DNA of 64,000 nucleotides from Raillietiella orientalis (Eukaryota): NCBI GenBank assembly GCA_036172245.1, contig JAYWIR010000022.1, positions 1,674,001 to 1,738,000 of the forward strand, read 5' to 3'. Shown piece by piece: positions 57,297 to 64,000 of this stretch (position 1 is its first letter; each line of letters starts with the position of its first letter). The notes under the pieces were generated by a model. It saw only the letters and a program-made list of their open reading frames with translations, ran no database searches and was not told where the DNA came from. The position numbers and the translations under genes were made by a program.

Positions 57297-59990
57297 TCAC
57301 TGCCCGTTGCGTGGAGCTTCCATCCTTTGCAGGATGCCGACGAGGTCCTGGTACAGATTTCCCAGTTGGTGCCATCGGGATGCTATCCGCAGAAAGCGAG
57401 CAGCAAACTCCATGGCGTCCCTTTCGTTAATATCCTCTGCTTCGTCGGATCCACTCCAAGCTGCCACGATACGGCGAACGCAGCAGACAGCTGAGATTAC
57501 AGCGGCTGGCTGCATTGCGTCCCGCACGAAGAGGCGCCGAAAAACGTCTCTGGGAAGACTACCTTCCAGGATCCCTAAGGTGGAACCGAAACGTTCCCAC
57601 AAGGGCCGGAGGGCAGTACACTCAACTAAAAGGTGCGGGAGGGTTTCCCGCTCCCCACACCGGGCACAGTTTGCGTTCACACTTCCCCGTGTCCAGTGAT
57701 GACGGCGTGCATTGCAGGGGAGTCCCCAGTGCAACAGCATCAGCGCCGACTCCTTCCATTTTAGGGGAAGGATCCTTGTTTCAGTTATTACTGGGGGCCA
57801 CTTCAGGTCATCATTCGTGATGCCGAGCAGCTCGCCCCATTTTTTCAGTCCCTGCGGAAGGACGCTATGGGTTGTGGCGTCCGCCAGCTGTCCCATTGTC
57901 CAACCACTCAACAATTTTTCTCTGCCTGCGATACGGCAACAGACTTGCCACCTCGGCGTCCGGCTGCTGACGATTGCCCTACGTAGGAAGGGTAGCACCG
58001 TCGCCAGGCAGGTCGTCTCTGCCCACGTGCTTCTGGCTGGACACTCCAGGATCTCGCGTAGAGTGCAGCGGGCATATCGGCCGCGTCGCAGGCTATTCCA
58101 TGTCTCGTGGCTCCTCTTATTCACTACCGCCCACGTGCCAACTGTTTCATCCAGCCATGCGCTGGAGTTGACGGGGCTGCAGATCATCCACGCATTCTCC
58201 CTCGCCAGGGTGGCCACTCGTCCGAGGAGAAGGCCGCATCTTCTTGTCTTCCTTCCACGACATAACAGAAGAGATGCGAGTCCTCCCGTTCCGGATGCAC
58301 GTCTGGCGAGGAGGCGGGTCGGAACACACCAAGGGATGCTCCACAACTTCGCTGCGATGGCCAAGGTTGGCCATCGCAGCTGAATTTCCATGCGCTCCAA
58401 CGTCAGGAGGCCTAGACCACCATCTCGACGCGGAGCGCACAAGTCCATCAAAGGGACTCGGGGCCTCCCCTTGCCCCAAAGGGCAATGCGCAGGAGGTCC
58501 TTTGTCCGTTTTTTTATATTCATTGGGACGGGGCAAACAAAAAGTAGGGGGCGAAGGATGGGGGCCGCAAACGCGTTCCATACCGCGGCCCGTTCCGGGA
58601 ACTTGCCCTCCAGGAACGGGCCGATCGCCAACTCTACTTTCTGGAGACGGCCTGACCAGGCTTCTGACTGGCAGAAGTCCCCCAGCGGAACGCCAAGGTA
58701 CTTCAGATATGCGCCCGTCGGGATCCTTATGCGGATCCAATCAGGCCGTCCTACCCACGTCGATCCAACTGCCACCATCGACGATTTTGCCCTGTTGACC
58801 CGTAGCCCTGTCCCACGGCTTAGCAGATCGAAGAAATATTCGACTGCCGTTGCCGGGGCGGACATTGGGTGCAGGAGCAGCAGATCGTCGGCATATGCGG
58901 ACACGGCAGGCGTGCCGGGGCACCAGCTTGGCAAGGCAGCCAAAGTCTTCCTGTAAGCTCTCGGCACCAACTCGAAGTAGGTACTAAAGAGCAGGGGACT
59001 GAGGCTATCACCCTGCCGAATCCCGCGGCGCACCGGCACGCCGTACACGTTCTGCCCTCTGAAACAGATGTTTGTTAACGCGGCGCGCCAGCAGGAGCGC
59101 AGGTACGCCGTTAAAGTAGGAGGGAAGCCCATGCGATGCAGAAGCTCCAGGAGGAGCTCCTGGTCCACGCAGTCGAACGCTTTGTGAAGATCAACTGCGA
59201 TCGCTAGGGCACCCTTACCCGCCCGGCTGTCCTTATTCTGACCAGTGGTCACCCTTAGATTGGGGTTGCCGAGAGATCCTTTGCGTTCTTTTATTTCTTC
59301 TTGCACATGGAACCATGTGCTGGCGAGGAACAGGTTAGCCTCCATACTTCGCCCGGAAACAGCGTAAGTCTGCTCCGGGCTAATTACGGATTCGGCTACC
59401 TGTCCGAGCCGCGCAGCCCACAGTTTCGCAACCAACTTGACGTCCGTATTTACGACAGTGATCGGACGCCAGTTAGCGTACGGAGGTCTTCTCCCTTAGG
59501 AAGGAGCCTCATCCTAGCTGAACGGAACGAGGCGGGAACATCGCCTTCTTCCCGGATCAGCTGCGTCAATCTGTGCACCAAAGGGGTCAACTGCCGCGAA
59601 GCTTTGAAAAAACTCCGCGGGCAGGCCGTCCTCCCCTGGTGCCTTCCGCCTCTTGAGCCCTTTAATCGCGGTGAAGATTCCACCGGTCGTGGAAGGCTCG
59701 TCGAGACTTTCTTTCTCTTCCTCCCCTATGGCCGGGGTTCCTTCCGGGAGCAACAGTCGCGAGGCGTCCCGCTCGGGAGGCGCCCTGGCGTACAGGGAGG
59801 AGTAAAATCTTCTCAGCATGTGTCGAATCGCTGAAGGGGCCGAGTGTTCGCGGTCCTGGTCGTCCAGCAGGGTGGACGGACCGGACTGCCAAGCTTGACG
59901 CTCAGCCCCGGCTCGGTACTCGGCCAGGCGATGGACGTTGGAGGTCCTCGCGTAACGACGGGGGTATAAATACGCCCTTTCGTTGCGACT
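57297..59990 (-). pseudogene. ORF2 reverse transcriptase (frameshifts ~59595 and ~59478; open from there to 57297)
   Basis: FYSSLY, KAPGEDGLPAEFF, NWRPITVVNTDVK, GRSM, DLHKAFD, RGIRQGDSLSPLLF, AYADD, KYLG and C-terminal CARCGERETLPHLLVEC. Confidence 0.96.
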
Positions 59991-60035
59991 TCCAACAGGC
60001 CACGCGGATCCGTCGGCGACAGGCGAGTCCAGGGG

Positions 60036-61837
60036 TTATTCCTGAGAACGTGGCAGCGCGGCTCCCGCCACCTTATCGGGCGGGACGGATGGAGGAGGGG
60101 GTGCATCGCGCACCGGTTCTCCCTCCTCCATGGAGGCCGATTCGGATACAGGCCTCATCGCGGTGGGCAGGCAGGTATCTCCTACCTGCACTTTCTCCTC
60201 CATGAGGTCCGATTCGCCGGCTGGGCCGGTCGGTGGAAGAGGGAGGTTGTCACCTACCTGTTCCCCCTCCTCCATTGGGGTTGACAGCTGCTCGGTCGCG
60301 GGGAGTGGAATATTTCCTCCCTCCGTTTCCACGCTGCAGGCTTCCCCCCCGGCTGCCGGTGCGTCCCCATCCTCTTTCTTTGTCGAGAGTGGCTTCCTAG
60401 GATTCTTGGACTTGCGTCCCGTCTTCTTTGGAGGCGCCTCCGCGGAGGAGGACGCACTACCGGCATCCGGATCAGTATCACCTTCTTCAGGTGCCTTCAT
60501 CGCGGCCGGCCTTCTCAAGGCTTTTCGCGCCGGGATCTCGTGGCCGACAAGTTCAGCCTCGAGCTCTTCCGCCGCCTGCTCGAAGGCGGCGTCCTCGATT
60601 ACGGACAGCGCGCCGTAAGGCTCCTCCTCTGTTTTCATAGAGGGTTCTTCTTCGGGGATTGCGGCTTCCACGCAAACGAGGCGGGGATATCTCCCCCGGT
60701 GGTGACCTCTAAGGCCTCCACGCGCTCCAAAGTGACCGAGCTTTCGCGGAGTAGTGCGCGGCGCTCTCTCCTATTCAGAGGTTTCGCCGCTGTTTCCTCT
60801 TTCGTGGCTTCGGTTTTCTTGGCTTTCTTTTGCTTCACCGTCCGCCAGCCTTCCTCATCAGCGCCGTCTGGAGTTTTCTCGACCGGCGATTGCTGAGTGG
60901 GTTTGGGGTCTGGCTTCTGGCTACGCCTGGCTGTAGCCTCCTTCGGCTTCGATGTTTTTTCCGCGCGTATCCCTTGAGCTTTTTTCAAAGCGGGGCGAGC
61001 CAAAGTTACGCGCTTTGGGCACACTTTCCGGAGGTGTCCCTTCTCTCCGCATGAGAAACACTCGATGTGGGGGCACCGTTTTTTCAGGTGCCCTGTCGCA
61101 TCGCAGTGTCCGCAGTATTTAGGTTTCCCCACGTACCAGACATCGACTTTTTCGTTGGCGACGTCTAGCTTGTGGGGTAATCCAACGTTTTCATGCACGG
61201 TTACACGCGCTGCGGCCATGCCACTAAACAGCCTTCCATAGGATTGTAAGACGTTAGGCTTGCTCCAGAGCGCGTGAACCGTGCCGAACTTGCTGAGTTC
61301 CTCCTGCACGCTCTTCGTCGACATGCGGAGGGTAACTCCCGTGAGGTGCGCTACTACCGAGCGGTCCTCAGTTCCAGGGAAGAGCTTTCTGCCTTCCAGC
61401 GTAATGGGGGTGTTCAGCAGGCGTTGAGCCAGGCTTGCATCCTTACAAGTCAGCTCCACCCGCTGACCACCGCTTAACACTGAAAGACCTTCCAACTCTT
61501 CTTCTTTAACATTAAGCCGCTGCAACTCCCTCTCGAAGTTGCGAGCGGTATTTCTAAGAAAGATATTGCCTACCTTATAGATGAGGGACGGCTTGCACCC
61601 TTGTTCTTTATAGGCTGTTTGTTCGGCCATGGCAGCAGCGGATGGTGCCGCAGCCACGGCGCTCCAGGACCTCGTCGTTGGCGAGGATGGCTCCGAGGAC
61701 ACGCTTGCGCCCTTTTTCAAGGGGACCGATGCCCTCGCCTCCGTGGGGGCGATCGCCCCCACCACCGTGGGCTGGGGAGAGGAACTAGCCTCTCCTACTC
61801 CAATCTCCATCGCGGTGTCCGCTGGCATTTCTGCCAT
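60036..61837 (-). pseudogene. ORF1 nucleic-acid-binding protein with two CCHC zinc knuckles (one frameshift ~60675)
   Basis: ATG 61837 (MAEMPADTAMEI, matching ATG 9240) and CGHCDATGHLKKRC / CFSCGEKGHLRKVC. The acidic, Pro-rich tail continues in ORF 60036-60671. Confidence 0.93.
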
Positions 61838-62129
61838 GGGACACCGACGATAAGCCACACACTCTAACAAACGAAAGGAATTGAAAAAACTTCCCAAGCT
61901 GAAGCGGTTGGAGTGCAGGACGAGGACGTTTGTTTCGACGAGGCAGGTCGGATCGGTCAAATTATCTTCAGGTGGACCAACTCGATCGACCTCGTTGTTA
62001 GTGTATGCACCCAGCGGTGGCTGCGCGCGCACGGTACGGAGAGCATTCTTTTGTGAACAGAAGTGTGAGTAGCTGGCGTAGGCAGGCTTGCGCAAAGTAC
62101 ACCTGATAGCCCGTGATTTCAGCATCCAC

Positions 62130-62860
62130 TGCTGAACGCTCTATGGGGATAGGCGAGGTCCAAGATACGCCTCAAGGACTTGACGGTTCCGCGACGGGAT
62201 GTCGGCCTGGGCATTTTGACTCTGGAGTGAATGCGGCTGCAAGTGCATTTCCGAATGCTGGCACTGTGTGTTAAGCTATGGACTTCCCTGATGTATTGCC
62301 TGCACGCATCCTCCTGTGGAGATGCGCCGGCAGCGAAGGACTGCCAGACGCACTACAGGATGCGGGGATTCGGTTTCCCCTTGAGGCATCTTGCCCATCT
62401 GCTGGAAGCGCAGCCGTGGATCTCCTACCGCCCAATAAACTTTAACGCTTGACGGCAGGAGTCTGTTGAATCCTGGGCTTCATTTCACGAAATGGATTCG
62501 TAAGATGTTTCGGCATCTGCTGCCACGACCCATGGAAGTGGTAATGCAGGACGCTGCGATGTGGTTGACCCTGGCTGCCATCTCCCTTACCGCAGCGCTG
62601 TCTACCCTCACGGCAAGAGAAGATGGTAGCCTACCGGCGAGGTGAGAGCTTCCCTGCACTATCGCGGGAACTCCAAAACTCTTGGACCGCTGGAAGACGC
62701 GCGAGCTGGCAGATGCTGCTACTATGAGCACAACTGCTGCGGGACTTGTTCGGTGGTGCGAACTGTTGAGTGTTGCCCTCTCTCTCGCACTTCGCCATGA
62801 GGACACGGCACACGCAGCACAGCGATGCGATTGCAAATGCGGGCGAGCCGCACGAAGAGG
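62130..62860 (+). mobile_element. Older L1/Tx1-like ORF2 fragment, inverted relative to 56440-56770
   Basis: NALWG*ARSKIRLKDLTVPRRDVGLGILTLE*MRLQVHFRML and WKTRELADAAT..VRWCELL. Confidence 0.8.
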
Positions 62861-62869
62861 GGCCTCAAA

Positions 62870-63400
62870 GAGTCTCTGGGATCGTCCACGGGGTGCGAAA
62901 AGTACTCAGAGAAACATTCCCAAGAGTCCCGGAGGACAATGCACTGCACCAAGAGGTAAAGGTGTCCTTTTCCCCACAACTGGCACAGTTCGACCATGGT
63001 CTTCCCCTCATAAAGAGGTGCCGGCGCTCATTCCACTGGAGATCCCAGTGCAGTATCAAAAGCTCCGATTGCTTTCAATTGAATGAAAGCAGCTCCCTGC
63101 CAATTAACACAGGGGACACTCCCAACTCTTTGGTCTGATTGGAAAAGAGTTCGCCCCCACGTTCCAGTCCTTTGACGCGGTTCTTAGTGTTGCTGCGTCA
63201 GTTGGCTGACGCGTAGTCCAGCCACCGATAGCTTTTCTGCGGGCAGAGATCTCGCACGAAACCTCCCACTTCGCCAGTAGGCAGGTATCATTTACCCCGA
63301 AAGCGGAGGATACCGCTGCGGCGAAGAGGGTGGCTGGTGGGTAGGCCAACATAGTTCCGCCACCGATATCCTTCCGTTGTTCTTCTGAAACTCTCGGCAG
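62870..63400 (-). mobile_element. L1/Tx1-like ORF2 zinc-finger remnant
   Basis: WEVSCEISARRKAIGGWTTRQPTDAAT and ILHWDLQWNERRH..NCASCGEKDT. Confidence 0.72.
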
Positions 63401-63624
63401 CGGGTAACTTCCAGGGACCGCTCTCTTTCTCTGCTTTGCGTGCGTACTCACTTTATTCTACCTCCAGGACGTGCTGCGCCCTCGATGGCCGGTTGAAGCA
63501 CGAAGGCGACACCGCATGACTTTTTCACGCCGTAACACCACAGCAGCCGTGCTCCCGAGATCTGTTACATCTCCGGGACATGATCGATGATGCAGGTGGT
63601 GTCAGCCAACTGATTCTGGAAAAT

Positions 63625-64000
63625 CACTTGCTGAGGAGGTAGCTGACGCACTTTATACTACCTATGAAGATTTGGTCGTTAATAAAGCCAGATTACAAGT
63701 TGTTCTTGGCGGCTTGTTTGGTAGCTTCAGTGACTCAAAGCTTCGAGAGAACCTGCAACAACTGTAGCTGTACTCGAATTCCAAATGGGAGCAGACGGTA
63801 GCGTTGCTACGGTAACGCAAGGCATTGGTCCTTGGCCTCAGGATACGAAAGGAAACACTGCAGATAAAAATTTCTGCAAATGGATCAACATCAGCTGAGG
63901 CAAGAAGTCAAGGAATTGCCAAAAGGGAACAAAATAGCACTGAAAAATTGCACTGAAAACAATAACAGATAAGAATTCCATGTTTTTTACGCGTGCAGTT
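63625..64000 (+). repeat. cifB: Inverted near-identical duplicate of cifB segment 48015-48390, continuing past the window end
   Basis: 376 bp, no indels, and two substitutions seen by manual comparison (GAA>GAC, TTT>TTC). Confidence 0.97.

Larger units (their letters stand above)
57080..61900 (-). mobile_element. Young L1/Tx1-like non-LTR retrotransposon, endonuclease deleted (5' boundary uncertain)
   Basis: Organisation is ORF1, RT, zinc finger, T-rich 3'UTR, AATAAA (57114-57109) and terminal hairpin (57105-57091). Confidence 0.95.

Noticed and set aside
57297..59990. Bacterial retron, DGR or group II intron RT
   Set aside because: ORF1 zinc knuckles, the EN start, the C-terminal zinc finger and a 3'UTR with AATAAA identify a eukaryotic non-LTR element.
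61838..62125. N-terminal 96 aa of the 496-aa ORF as part of ORF1
   Set aside because: Homology with the 9240 copy starts at MAEMP (61837). The upstream part is 5'UTR or flank that happens to be open.

Overview
This window is eukaryotic nuclear DNA, most likely arthropod (inferred from short spliceosomal introns, LINEs, SINEs and an endosymbiont-type insert). Most of it is a graveyard of L1/Tx1-like non-LTR retrotransposons, with one relatively young copy at ~57.1-61.9 kb whose endonuclease is deleted. It also holds two copies of a tRNA-derived SINE and weaker RTE-, jockey/CR1- and Merlin-like remnants. Two intact-looking host genes are present: a 7-exon MINPP1-like histidine phosphatase (31555-33187, minus) and an intronless SGNH/PC-esterase (CASD1-like catalytic domain) gene (42762-44009, minus). 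The main discovery is an AT-rich, bacterial-type island at ~47.5-52.8 kb. Read across its frameshifts and stops, it is a pseudogenised cifA-cifB cytoplasmic-incompatibility operon: CifA, then CifB with two PD-(D/E)XK-like domains and the start of a Ulp1-like deubiquitylase. Part of cifB is duplicated almost identically, inverted, at 63625-64000 and runs off the window edge. All family assignments come from manual translation and motif recognition against remembered reference sequences. No searches were run, and boundaries of degenerate remnants are approximate.
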